Positions 1 through 8,468 of a stretch of 32,000 nt of DNA are shown piece by piece. The notes under the pieces were generated by a model. It ran no database searches. It was not told the origin of the DNA and was given only the letters and a program-made list of their open reading frames with translations. The translations under genes and the position numbers were made by a program. The DNA comes from Candidatus Thorarchaeota archaeon. Its GTDB lineage: Archaea > Asgardarchaeota > Heimdallarchaeia > Hodarchaeales > Hodarchaeaceae. How positions within the stretch are numbered: the first letter of the stretch is position 1; each line of letters opens with the position of its first letter. Where the stretch lies: contig JBHLRO010000008.1 of the NCBI GenBank assembly GCA_048882505.1, positions 108,144-140,143 of the forward strand, in the 5' to 3' direction.

Positions 1-480
1 CTGTTATCGCGCTGGTTGTGCATGTGTTTACTAAGAGAAAATCGTCGATCAATAGTTATATTCGACGGAACAAACCTGGATCTGCCTCCTCATTCCAATC
101 ATCGGAAATCTCTAGCAAAACGGTTTATAAGATATCGTCCCTTCTTTATCAATCTGATAGCAACGAGGGAACAGGCTCAGAAGAATTCATTCCTTAGAAG
201 AGCTGGTAGAGACGTAATTCTTGGTAGTGATGCTGATATGGACGTTTTCGAGCGATTTAAGGAGCGTATGGAGATGAATCCATCCTGCTTGGCAATTCCG
301 GACCAATGTAATGGAACCACTCTTAATACTCACGATCCTGGATTTCAAGATGAGTTAGAATCGGTGGTAACTAGTATTCAAGACGCAAAACACAGGATTA
401 TCATTCTGGGCGGAAACGTTTTAACAGGAAAAACCTATACCGCTCTCGCAATCAAAAAAATGCTTGAAGATGATAAGTAG
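1..480 (+). CDS. P-loop kinase-like protein (AAA_33-type), 5'-truncated by window edge
   Basis: Frame +1 is open from base 1 to TAG at 478-480. It contains IVIFDGTNL (hhhDatN-type strand), a lid-like segment INLIATREQAQKNSFLRR and SDADMDVFERF (SDA motif of AAA_33-type kinases). A Walker A-like IIILGGNVLTGKT lies at 412-435. Confidence 0.55.
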   Translation: MLSRWLCMCLLRENRRSIVIFDGTNLDLPPHSNHRKSLAKRFIRYRPFFINLIATREQAQKNSFLRRAGRDVILGSDADMDVFERFKERMEMNPSCLAIPDQCNGTTLNTHDPGFQDELESVVTSIQDAKHRIIILGGNVLTGKTYTALAIKKMLEDDK

Positions 481-514
481 TTTCGAATTATCCCTATTCC
501 TCTTGGGGGTAAAT

Positions 515-2224
515 GTGGTTAGTATTTCAAATCCCAAAAACAAGAAAGCCATGGGGCAGTACTTCACACCTGTCCCAATTGTCAAATGCCTTGTAAACAT
601 TCTCATAGATCTTATTCCTAGGGAAAAGATGCAGGGATTGAACGTTCTAGATCCTGCGGTCGGAGAAGGCATATTCTTAGAAATCCTGAAGGAAGAATTA
701 AATTCAAGATTTCTAGCAAACAAACAGAACATTCACCAGATCCTAGGTATTGATATAGATCGCAAATCAATCCTTAAAGCTTTAGAGAGGGAGAATGAAC
801 AAAAATCGGTTCGAAACCTTGAGATCAAATATCTCGTGGGAGACTTCTTCCAGTTATACGACCAACGAAAACACGAATGGGATTTTGACATAGTTCTTGG
901 CAACCCCCCACACGCAGCCCGTTATTCTCGCTCCCAATGGGAATATATTCGGTCTCTTATCCCCAGTGGTATGAACAAACGTTTTCCAAAGGAATCAGCA
1001 ATATTTTTCACCATATTGGCCTTGGATTCATTAAAAGATAGTGGAATCCTTGGCTTTGTCTTACCCAAACCTCTTTTATACTCACAAAGATGGTATACAT
1101 TAAGGAGACTGATATTAACAGAATACAAAGTCAACTACGTGATTGATTTTGGCAATCAATTCGCCTCACAAAATCAAGAACACATTGGAATAATAATAAG
1201 TAAAACAAAGCCTGACTCAAGTTATCAAACAGGTTTATACAACAAAAAAACAAATTTCTTAACGACCTTATCGGATATACCTGTTCAAGACGCCTTACTT
1301 ACTGATAATTTTCTTGTTGATGTATCAACGAAAGAAAGAGCCTTAATTCGTAAGTTACTTAGCCCCAAATATCGATCTCTGGATGTTGAAGCTTATAGAG
1401 GTATCAGCAGCAGGTTTCGTGTACAATCTTATGGATTGCCACTTATTGAAAAAAAAACCATGGGGAGGGGATTTCTTTTTCCTTCAAGCAGTTTCGTTTC
1501 AAGTGAAACCCCTCCAAAGGTATTGATAAAATATCTACACCCAAAAATAATCCTCCAACGTATAATTCCTTATAAAACTAATCCGTATAGTTTTATCATC
1601 TACCCTTGGGTTGATGTTGATGGAAACATCATACCACATGAAACAACTGTCATATTAAAGAATCCTAAGCCAAAATATCCTCTAAAAGTTCTTGCTGCAA
1701 TCCTTCAGTCATCACTAACTGAATGGTGGTTGCGCCACGTTGTATTTACCAAACAGTTTGTCACTAGTAAAGATTTTGACAGAGCTTACATTGAAAAAGT
1801 CCGAGTTCCGCTTGTTCCAAACGAAGGATATGTGTCTCATCCAGGTTCACTGGAACTAAGCCTAGATTTACTGAACTACCAGGTTTTACTAGATCTTGCC
1901 AATCAGGAAGATTCGTTACATGAAATCTCTCTGCTTGGAGAACTCTATGATCATTTCATCATTTGCGGAGTTAAAATCAAATCAATCATACAAGAAAATT
2001 TAAGAGCTCTTCCTATTCATCAGAAAAACAGTAAATATTTTCAGGAATTCCATAATATCTATCGAAGGATAACGAGAGGTCACAGCCATACGTCTGATAT
2101 GTATAAAAGGATACAAGGCCTATTGGGGAACCAGAACTTAATCCAAAGATGCATCAATGAGCTTACATTTCGTTTATATCATTTAACAAGTGAAGAATCC
2201 GCTTTAATAAAGAAGAATTTCTAA
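515..2224 (+). CDS. Gamma-class N6-adenine DNA methyltransferase (M.TaqI/Eco57I-like) with C-terminal TaqI_C-like target-recognition domain
   Basis: Motifs GQYFTP (X), VLDPAVGEGIFL (I), GIDID (II) and DIVLGNPPH (IV variant) occur in gamma order, followed by KIILQRI in the TRD region. The ORF track starts at TTG 464; in-frame GTG 515 with a GGGGGT RBS is more likely. Confidence 0.85.
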   Translation: MVSISNPKNKKAMGQYFTPVPIVKCLVNILIDLIPREKMQGLNVLDPAVGEGIFLEILKEELNSRFLANKQNIHQILGIDIDRKSILKALERENEQKSVRNLEIKYLVGDFFQLYDQRKHEWDFDIVLGNPPHAARYSRSQWEYIRSLIPSGMNKRFPKESAIFFTILALDSLKDSGILGFVLPKPLLYSQRWYTLRRLILTEYKVNYVIDFGNQFASQNQEHIGIIISKTKPDSSYQTGLYNKKTNFLTTLSDIPVQDALLTDNFLVDVSTKERALIRKLLSPKYRSLDVEAYRGISSRFRVQSYGLPLIEKKTMGRGFLFPSSSFVSSETPPKVLIKYLHPKIILQRIIPYKTNPYSFIIYPWVDVDGNIIPHETTVILKNPKPKYPLKVLAAILQSSLTEWWLRHVVFTKQFVTSKDFDRAYIEKVRVPLVPNEGYVSHPGSLELSLDLLNYQVLLDLANQEDSLHEISLLGELYDHFIICGVKIKSIIQENLRALPIHQKNSKYFQEFHNIYRRITRGHSHTSDMYKRIQGLLGNQNLIQRCINELTFRLYHLTSEESALIKKNF

Positions 2225-2251
2225 TGTAAATGATAAAACGAAAAGGAGATG

Positions 2252-2950
2252 TCACCAATCGCGTTGTGGAAGACCTGTTACCGTGAAACCAGCATCATGC
2301 GTTTTATAGCGCCGATTTAATCCAATCAGGAAGGCAGTAAAGTGCTCAATGTGGCGCGCCGATTTTGTTCCTCCGGCATCAACGGCACGAAGATTTCGGA
2401 TTAATTCGACCTTTTCCTTCACTAGATGTTTTGCATGTTTGTCTTTGCCAAAAACATAGACATCTTGATTCAATACGGGTAATCTATCTATATCCAGCAG
2501 AGTAGTGTTTGACAGTGTTTTTATTGCTCCTACTACTGGGATACCTGGATTAATTTCTCTTCTTATCAATTCGGTCGCGCTTAAAGCTCCACCTTCAAGT
2601 TCTGGGAGGAGATCTACCATTTTTCCTTTTTCAAAAGGCTTCAAAGGGACAGTTACATCGACCAAGATCTTACCAGTGGTAAAGTATTTCTCTAGAGGGC
2701 GAAGAGTACTTAGGGCAAATTCAAAAGGCACTGAGAGAAGAATTATATCTGACTCTCGCACACATGCTTCATTGATCATAGGGGTGACAAGATTTTTTCC
2801 CAACTTGGTATTCACGTCGGAAGAAACCCTATCTGCCTTTTCCTGTCTTCTCGATCCCATTATGATGGGTTCCCCAGCCAATCCCCAACGGAGACTTAAG
2901 CCCTGTCCCTGGGGGCCTGTACCCCCAATTAACCCAATTCCTTTTTCCAT
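2252..2950 (-). CDS. npdG: F420H2:NADP+ oxidoreductase (NADPH-dependent F420 reductase)
   Basis: N-terminal IGLIGGTGPQGQGLSLRW..AGEPIIMGSR Rossmann signature, ILLSVPF, ILVDVTVPL and C-terminal RAVDAGG...ARHIE..TAFLIGLN, all typical of the NpdG/Fno family. Confidence 0.9.
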   Translation of the reverse strand: MEKGIGLIGGTGPQGQGLSLRWGLAGEPIIMGSRRQEKADRVSSDVNTKLGKNLVTPMINEACVRESDIILLSVPFEFALSTLRPLEKYFTTGKILVDVTVPLKPFEKGKMVDLLPELEGGALSATELIRREINPGIPVVGAIKTLSNTTLLDIDRLPVLNQDVYVFGKDKHAKHLVKEKVELIRNLRAVDAGGTKSARHIEHFTAFLIGLNRRYKTHDAGFTVTGLPQRDW

Positions 2951-3227
2951 CTTTTTTCAATCCTTTATCATTAAGGGTGGGGGCGGATTTTCGTTCTTTT
3001 TTTTGAGTTTTTTTAACTTCATTCTTTCTTTAGTCATCCATTAATAGTTAGGATTATGCAGTTTCAAAGGACTTGAAGTGTTTTCCACTTTTCATTTGAA
3101 ATTTTTGTCCCATTTCAAGAAATGGACACCTTAATTCATTATTACCCTTCAACATATATGGACAAGATTAATCTAATTTTCCTGTTTCGTCTTGTTCTTG
3201 AGATATAGCCCCTGGGTTAAAGGCCTT

Positions 3228-4556
3228 CTATTTTCGATTTTTTATCCAGGACAGTCCGAGAAGAGTAGCAATCACAAAGAAAAAAATCAAACCGATCGCA
3301 TTAATTCCATCGAGTTTTGGATTTATAACGATTTTAACGAGCCACATGTCTCTGTTAGTATCACCAAATGAACTAGTAAGACCCGCTAGGACATAACCGT
3401 TATCTGGCGCTTGAACGAGTGCACTGGCCCAGTCAGGAGCTAATCCCCCAAAAGCCTGGCTAAATTGCTCCATGCAATTCCTATCGGTCTTCAATAACCA
3501 TAAATCCCCACTGCCGACCCCAAATGACGCAGTAAGGCCAGCCAGAGCAAAACCATCATCATCATCCTGCACGATAGAAGTCGCCCAATCGGATCCTGTT
3601 CCGCCATAAGTCTGGCTACATTGCATAATCCCATTCGCATCAGTCCTTACTAGCCACATGTCGCCGCCGCCGACCCCAAATGACCCTGAAATACCCGTTA
3701 GTGCAAAGCCTCCCTCTCTAGTCTGGATTAAGGCATGCGCTTCATCCGCACCATCTCCTCCGTAACTCTTATTCCATTGAGCAACTCCGTTTTCGTCGGT
3801 TTTCACCAACCACATATCACTCCCTCTATCAAATGAAACGTTATACCCCGCGATCGCAAAGCTGCCATCATTGGTCTGGATTATGGCTTTAGCCCAATCA
3901 TTGGAGTTAATATTATTGTATTGCTTTCCTCCGAAAGTCTGGATCCATTCTTCATTTCCGTCTTTATCGGTTTTTACCAAAAACATATCAAAATCGCCCG
4001 CGCCATATGAGGTGGTGTATCCCGCTATAGCAAACCCGCCATCCAAGGTTTGGATCAGGGAGGAAGCCCCCTCAGCACCCCATCTTCCATAGGTTTGATC
4101 CCACTGAAGTACTCCATCAGAATCAGTCTTCACTAGCCACACGTCTCCCCCACCAACCCCAAATGACCGGGTTAGGCCCGCTAGTGCAAAACCTCCGTCA
4201 TCTGTCTGGACGAGTGCACTCGCCCAATCAGAATCGAATCCGCCATAAGTCCGACTCCATTCCTCGACACCATTCGCATCGGTCTTAACCAACCACATTT
4301 CACTTCCATACGCACCTAATGACCCCGTGGAACCTGCAAGGGCAAAACCTCCATCTGTTGTCGAAACGAGGTCAGGAGCTTCATCCCCGCTGGTTCCTCC
4401 ATAGGTCCGATGCCATTGCACCATCGATTCGTTTTGGGTGCCTTCACCTACGGCAATTAGTTCATTGGGATTCTGGGATTCAAACAACAGGCCCATCATG
4501 AATGGAATGGCTATTAATAAAAAAAGAGTATATCTAGAGAGTTTCGTGATTGTCAC
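3228..4556 (-). CDS. Secreted, membrane-anchored seven-repeat beta-propeller-like protein
   Basis: N-terminal hydrophobic signal (YTLFLLIAIPFMMGLLF), seven ~52-aa repeats W.xTYGG..xD.A..L.QT.DGGFALAG.T.SFG.G..DMWLVKTD.NG, and a C-terminal TM helix with a basic tail (IGLIFFFVIATLLGLSWIKNRK). Confidence 0.8.
   Translation of the reverse strand: MTITKLSRYTLFLLIAIPFMMGLLFESQNPNELIAVGEGTQNESMVQWHRTYGGTSGDEAPDLVSTTDGGFALAGSTGSLGAYGSEMWLVKTDANGVEEWSRTYGGFDSDWASALVQTDDGGFALAGLTRSFGVGGGDVWLVKTDSDGVLQWDQTYGRWGAEGASSLIQTLDGGFAIAGYTTSYGAGDFDMFLVKTDKDGNEEWIQTFGGKQYNNINSNDWAKAIIQTNDGSFAIAGYNVSFDRGSDMWLVKTDENGVAQWNKSYGGDGADEAHALIQTREGGFALTGISGSFGVGGGDMWLVRTDANGIMQCSQTYGGTGSDWATSIVQDDDDGFALAGLTASFGVGSGDLWLLKTDRNCMEQFSQAFGGLAPDWASALVQAPDNGYVLAGLTSSFGDTNRDMWLVKIVINPKLDGINAIGLIFFFVIATLLGLSWIKNRK
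3327..4421 (-). repeat. Seven intragenic coding repeats of ~156 nt (propeller blades)
   Basis: Repeats are visible in both protein and DNA. ACCCCAAATGAC recurs near 3456, 3673 and 4156; GAGTGCACT.GCCCA.TC recurs near 3417 and 4212. Boundaries are approximate. Confidence 0.8.
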
Positions 4557-4617
4557 AGAAGTAACACCAGAAGTTTCTTAAAAACCGCGGAATCCTCGTC
4601 CTTTTTATGAATTGATA

Positions 4618-6024
4618 TCAGCCTTTTGACAACCCCGATATCTGTTCTTCCAGTTTAACCTTAAAAAACGTAACAGTTTCTTCCAATTGGGCTTCTGTCT
4701 TTCCTTCAGCAATAATTCTGATCTTAGGGCTAGTGTTGCTGGCTCTAATGAGAACCCATGAGTCTTCATCTAATGAAATCCCTATGCCATCAATGTCATT
4801 AATATCAGAGTACTCGGGCCTCAGTTTTCTTAAAAGCTTGTCAATCACTTCAAATTTCACTAAGTCGGAAACCGGAACCGCGATTTTACGAGTGAAAAGT
4901 TTCGGAAGCTGATCCACAATCGTGGATAACCGAATATTCCGAGAACTAAGTATTTCTGCGATCATTAAAGGGATTACCATTGCATCATCAAAGAGGTATA
5001 TACCTGGAAAAACCATGTGTCCACTGCTTTCTATTCCTATGAGAGTATCGGAGTGGCGTTGTGCTGCCGCAGTCAGGAATGTGTGGCCAACCTGTATTCT
5101 GTCAACAAGGGCACCTTGGCTTTCAAGCTCCTTCTCGATTGCTATCGAACATTCGACGTTTATTATTACTCTATTCGTTTTGGGAGATTGCTGGAGCATA
5201 TGTTGAGCCAAAATTAGACCAGTAAGGTCAGCTTTTATAATGCGTCCAAGATCGTCTACTATCACACCCCTATCCGCGTCTCCATCAAATGCTACTCCAA
5301 AATCGGCGGATAATTCCTTTACCTTTTGGGATAATGCCTTTAAGGACGTTTCATGGGGTTCAGAAGGTCTGTTTGGAAAAGATGGATCTATACTACAATA
5401 TAGTTTAACCACATCAAGACCAATGGCGGTAAGAACTTTCGGAGCAGAAAGGCATGAAGCCCCATTTCCACAATCTATTACAACCTTAAGAGGTTTAATA
5501 TTTCTGAAGCGTTTTGATAAGAAATTAACGTAATCCTGTTCTAGACTGCTGATTCTGATTTGGCCAACTGAATCCCAACTGGCAGATCTAGTCAGGAGGT
5601 CGTCAGAGAGAAATATGTCGCGAATTTCCATATTATCTTCCTCAGAGAAGCCTACACCTGACCCATAATAGAACTTGATACCGTTCCACTCAGGTGGCAG
5701 ATGACTAGCTGTTATATACGCCGTTGCATAGGCCTTCTGGCGCCAGGCGGAGAATAGGCAGACTCCAAACTGAGTAGGCGCTCCAGAAAATTGGATATTA
5801 ACTCCTACGGACATTAATCCAGAAATAAATGAGCAAGCAAGCGTTGAACTCGTTTGACGAACATCATAGGAAACATATACAAAATCTTGCTCCAAATCAA
5901 AGTCTCTCTTACAGATGAAAACACCAAAGGCTACTCCAATACGGAAATGGATATCTGGAGTTATTTCTTCAGAATATATGCCTCTTATGTCATATGCACG
6001 AAAAATGTGCTTGAATTTCGCCAT
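4618..6024 (-). CDS. Phosphomannomutase/phosphoglucomutase (alpha-D-phosphohexomutase family)
   Basis: IFRAYDIRG N-terminus, TASHLPPEWNGIK phosphoserine loop, FDGDADR metal loop, GIESSGH sugar-binding loop and VLIRASNTSPKIRI. The start is ATG 6024 or 6039. Confidence 0.95.
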   Translation of the reverse strand: MAKFKHIFRAYDIRGIYSEEITPDIHFRIGVAFGVFICKRDFDLEQDFVYVSYDVRQTSSTLACSFISGLMSVGVNIQFSGAPTQFGVCLFSAWRQKAYATAYITASHLPPEWNGIKFYYGSGVGFSEEDNMEIRDIFLSDDLLTRSASWDSVGQIRISSLEQDYVNFLSKRFRNIKPLKVVIDCGNGASCLSAPKVLTAIGLDVVKLYCSIDPSFPNRPSEPHETSLKALSQKVKELSADFGVAFDGDADRGVIVDDLGRIIKADLTGLILAQHMLQQSPKTNRVIINVECSIAIEKELESQGALVDRIQVGHTFLTAAAQRHSDTLIGIESSGHMVFPGIYLFDDAMVIPLMIAEILSSRNIRLSTIVDQLPKLFTRKIAVPVSDLVKFEVIDKLLRKLRPEYSDINDIDGIGISLDEDSWVLIRASNTSPKIRIIAEGKTEAQLEETVTFFKVKLEEQISGLSKG

Positions 6025-6539
6025 ATCGCTGATTATCATAATCTAAATTCCCTTTTTATTCATGGCTCCAAAGAGATCAGCCTTTTTCTTAATACTTCGC
6101 TGCGAGGCATGTGGGTCTTGATCTTTGTGTAAACAACATAGAAAATCATACCCTATGCTTCAACTAATTTGTGGAATAATTGAACAGATACCATGGGTAC
6201 CCCTCAAGGGTCCAATAACCTGGGTAGGAATCTATTACTGTTTCGCACTTCATCCTCACAGCTTTAATATCTAGAAAGAACGTCAGTTATTCCAACAATA
6301 GATGACACTGATCGCAAAAATCGCTTTTTGACTAGATAAAAGTTCCAATTTACACCAAATAGGCCTGTAAGGATTTCATGTAACACATCCGATAACCTCG
6401 CGCTATTAAAACAACGATTCCAATGTTTCGCAATAAGGAATGAAGCTCATCATATGGGGGTTTTGAAACGCCTGTTATTTAAGATTAGAATGGATTATCA
6501 TCCTTTTTATTAAAATTGAGGATATGGAAGTTGACAAAA

Positions 6540-7004
6540 ATGATGCCCCATATCCATTTAATTTTCGGAATGACATGCCTAAATGCATTCCAATCATCAG
6601 GACTTACTCAATTAAACGCTATTCTCTTTTTAATTGGCAATTTGATCCCTGATTCGGATTTCATCATCGCTCGTAAACTAAAACGAAACCATCGGGAAAT
6701 GGGATCCCATTATCCCCTATTATGGTTGATGGCCGGCATTCTTTCAATGATACTTCAGCTACCTGTGTTATGGTTTTTCTGGGGTGGTTTTTTTCACGTT
6801 ATCTTAGATACTTTGGATTGGGAAGTTATCTTGTTCGGGCCACTACTTCCATACTCTTTTTCAATTCTATCACTGCAATATACGGCGGATTTTGAAACCT
6901 ATACGATCGTCCAGATCCTAAGAGAGTATTATAGCGATAAAAGAATTTTGTTCCTCGAAGCGATATTTTTTCTCGTCTATGTTCTTTCGCTTCTAACACG
7001 ATAG
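6540..7004 (+). CDS. Membrane metal-dependent hydrolase, YdjM-like
   Basis: Pattern H.H...G / NLIPDSDF / HREMGSH / FHVILD with hydrophobic helices. ATG 6540 or 6543 is preferred over TTG 6516. Confidence 0.7.
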   Translation: MMPHIHLIFGMTCLNAFQSSGLTQLNAILFLIGNLIPDSDFIIARKLKRNHREMGSHYPLLWLMAGILSMILQLPVLWFFWGGFFHVILDTLDWEVILFGPLLPYSFSILSLQYTADFETYTIVQILREYYSDKRILFLEAIFFLVYVLSLLTR

Positions 7005-7073
7005 CAAGTTCATTTGGATTCATATCTTAGCTGGAAAATTTTGTACCCTTGATTAAAAGGATTTAGACACATC

Positions 7074-8456
7074 ATGGCAAAAGAAAAAGCCCGACTGAAG
7101 ATAACCAAGTGTTCTGCATGCGGAAAAGAGGTACCCGAAGCTAAATTTTGCATGAACTGTGGAAAAGATTTAACTCAAAGCATCTCTCAAGTGCCAACTG
7201 AAAAGAATCTGATAATTCCATGTCCTTTTTGCAATCGGAACGTCCCGCACACAGCTTTCTGTATTGCCTGTGGAAATCCCCTTCAGAAAGATATTGAACA
7301 CGACCCGGTCAAAAAGGATTCTTACCCTACGGAAGAGGACCAGGAACTTGTTGTTTGTCCTCTATGTCGAGAGAAAATACCGACGGATCATAAATATTGT
7401 CATTTGTGCGGAGCTACAATTAAGAAAGATGATTCGGGCTTTGTTTTGGAAGAACCAAATCGTTTGGTCTGTCCTCAATGTCTAAAACCAAATTCCCCGA
7501 CATCTGGACATTGCATTTATTGTGGTAGCAGACTCTCTCTTCAAAAAGAAAAAACGACGAACATCACGAAGCCCTTCAACGGCTTTCAATATGATGTCCC
7601 TTATTTCTTTGAACCCGCGTCATTACCTTTATCTTCTCTCCGTCAAGCCTCAATGCGAAGTATTTTTCCGATAAAAAGTACGATCGTCCATTCTACGTAC
7701 TTTGGTGTTAAATCCAAGGCAAGACGTATTAATTTTTTCGCTAGAAATTTCGGTGGTTATGATATCTCAAATTTAACCAATTACCTCGGCGCTTTTTTGT
7801 TGGTGGCTGCTGTATACGTCTATTGGCACTCCTTCAGGTACTCTATTATCGGTACAAACACTGCCGACCTTCCCACTGAAATTCTGTATACACTACTTAT
7901 GGTAATGTTGTTGACGGCCTTGGTCATGCTGCCCACATGGCTTTCAACGTACCTGGTTTATCGATCTTCAGGCTACCGCCTTAAATTTAGACTTGATTCC
8001 AGTAGGATCCTTATGACGATCATATTTAACATCATTTGGCTTTTTATAATTCGAGGATTCGGACCAATAATCCTACGGATGGGAGATTTCCAAAATCCTG
8101 CTAGCCGTATAGTTTTAAACAGACAGTTCAAGCGTGGCATCGTCATGGGAGTGATTATTTCCACCGGAATAACAATACTTATTGCTGGTATAACCATCCT
8201 TGTTATGGGAATCCCTGGATCATTTGCTGGGCTGTTTTTACAGGGGGATCCATTAAAAAATCATGTTTTAATCTTATTTTTTGGAGCGACATGGATCCTA
8301 TTGGTTTTATTGCTTCCAATTGGAGACTACTTTGATAAAATACTGAAAGAGTGGAACATCGTGGGTTATTTTATTCTGATTGCTATAAGTTTTCTCGTTT
8401 TGACACTTTCTTTTAATTTAATAAGCATTCTTGCCCAACCCTCCTATAACGCTTGA
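7074..8456 (+). CDS. Four zinc-ribbon (CxxC..CxxC) N-terminal region fused to a polytopic membrane domain resembling a degenerate archaeal M50 peptidase
   Basis: Eight CxxC motifs in four pairs (CSAC/CMNC, CPFC/CIAC, CPLC/CHLC, CPQC/CIYC), then about 6-7 hydrophobic helices. Confidence 0.75.
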   Translation: MAKEKARLKITKCSACGKEVPEAKFCMNCGKDLTQSISQVPTEKNLIIPCPFCNRNVPHTAFCIACGNPLQKDIEHDPVKKDSYPTEEDQELVVCPLCREKIPTDHKYCHLCGATIKKDDSGFVLEEPNRLVCPQCLKPNSPTSGHCIYCGSRLSLQKEKTTNITKPFNGFQYDVPYFFEPASLPLSSLRQASMRSIFPIKSTIVHSTYFGVKSKARRINFFARNFGGYDISNLTNYLGAFLLVAAVYVYWHSFRYSIIGTNTADLPTEILYTLLMVMLLTALVMLPTWLSTYLVYRSSGYRLKFRLDSSRILMTIIFNIIWLFIIRGFGPIILRMGDFQNPASRIVLNRQFKRGIVMGVIISTGITILIAGITILVMGIPGSFAGLFLQGDPLKNHVLILFFGATWILLVLLLPIGDYFDKILKEWNIVGYFILIAISFLVLTLSFNLISILAQPSYNA

Positions 8457-8468
8457 TTCTTCAGCGTT

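Noticed and set aside
454-480. A7 run that could fuse the kinase ORF to the MTase by a +1 frameshift
   Set aside because: The +1 frame is open from 425, but the junction peptide has no kinase-like continuation, and the MTase has its own RBS and GTG at 515.
808-822. GGTTCGAAACC resembling a tRNA T-loop
   Set aside because: It lies inside the MTase CDS, and no cloverleaf can be built around it.
2505-3044. 179-aa plus-strand ORF
   Set aside because: Antisense shadow of npdG with no recognisable motif.
3327-4421. Regularly spaced DNA repeats that might suggest a CRISPR array
   Set aside because: They are in-frame ~156-nt protein repeats with degenerate third positions, not identical repeats with unique spacers.
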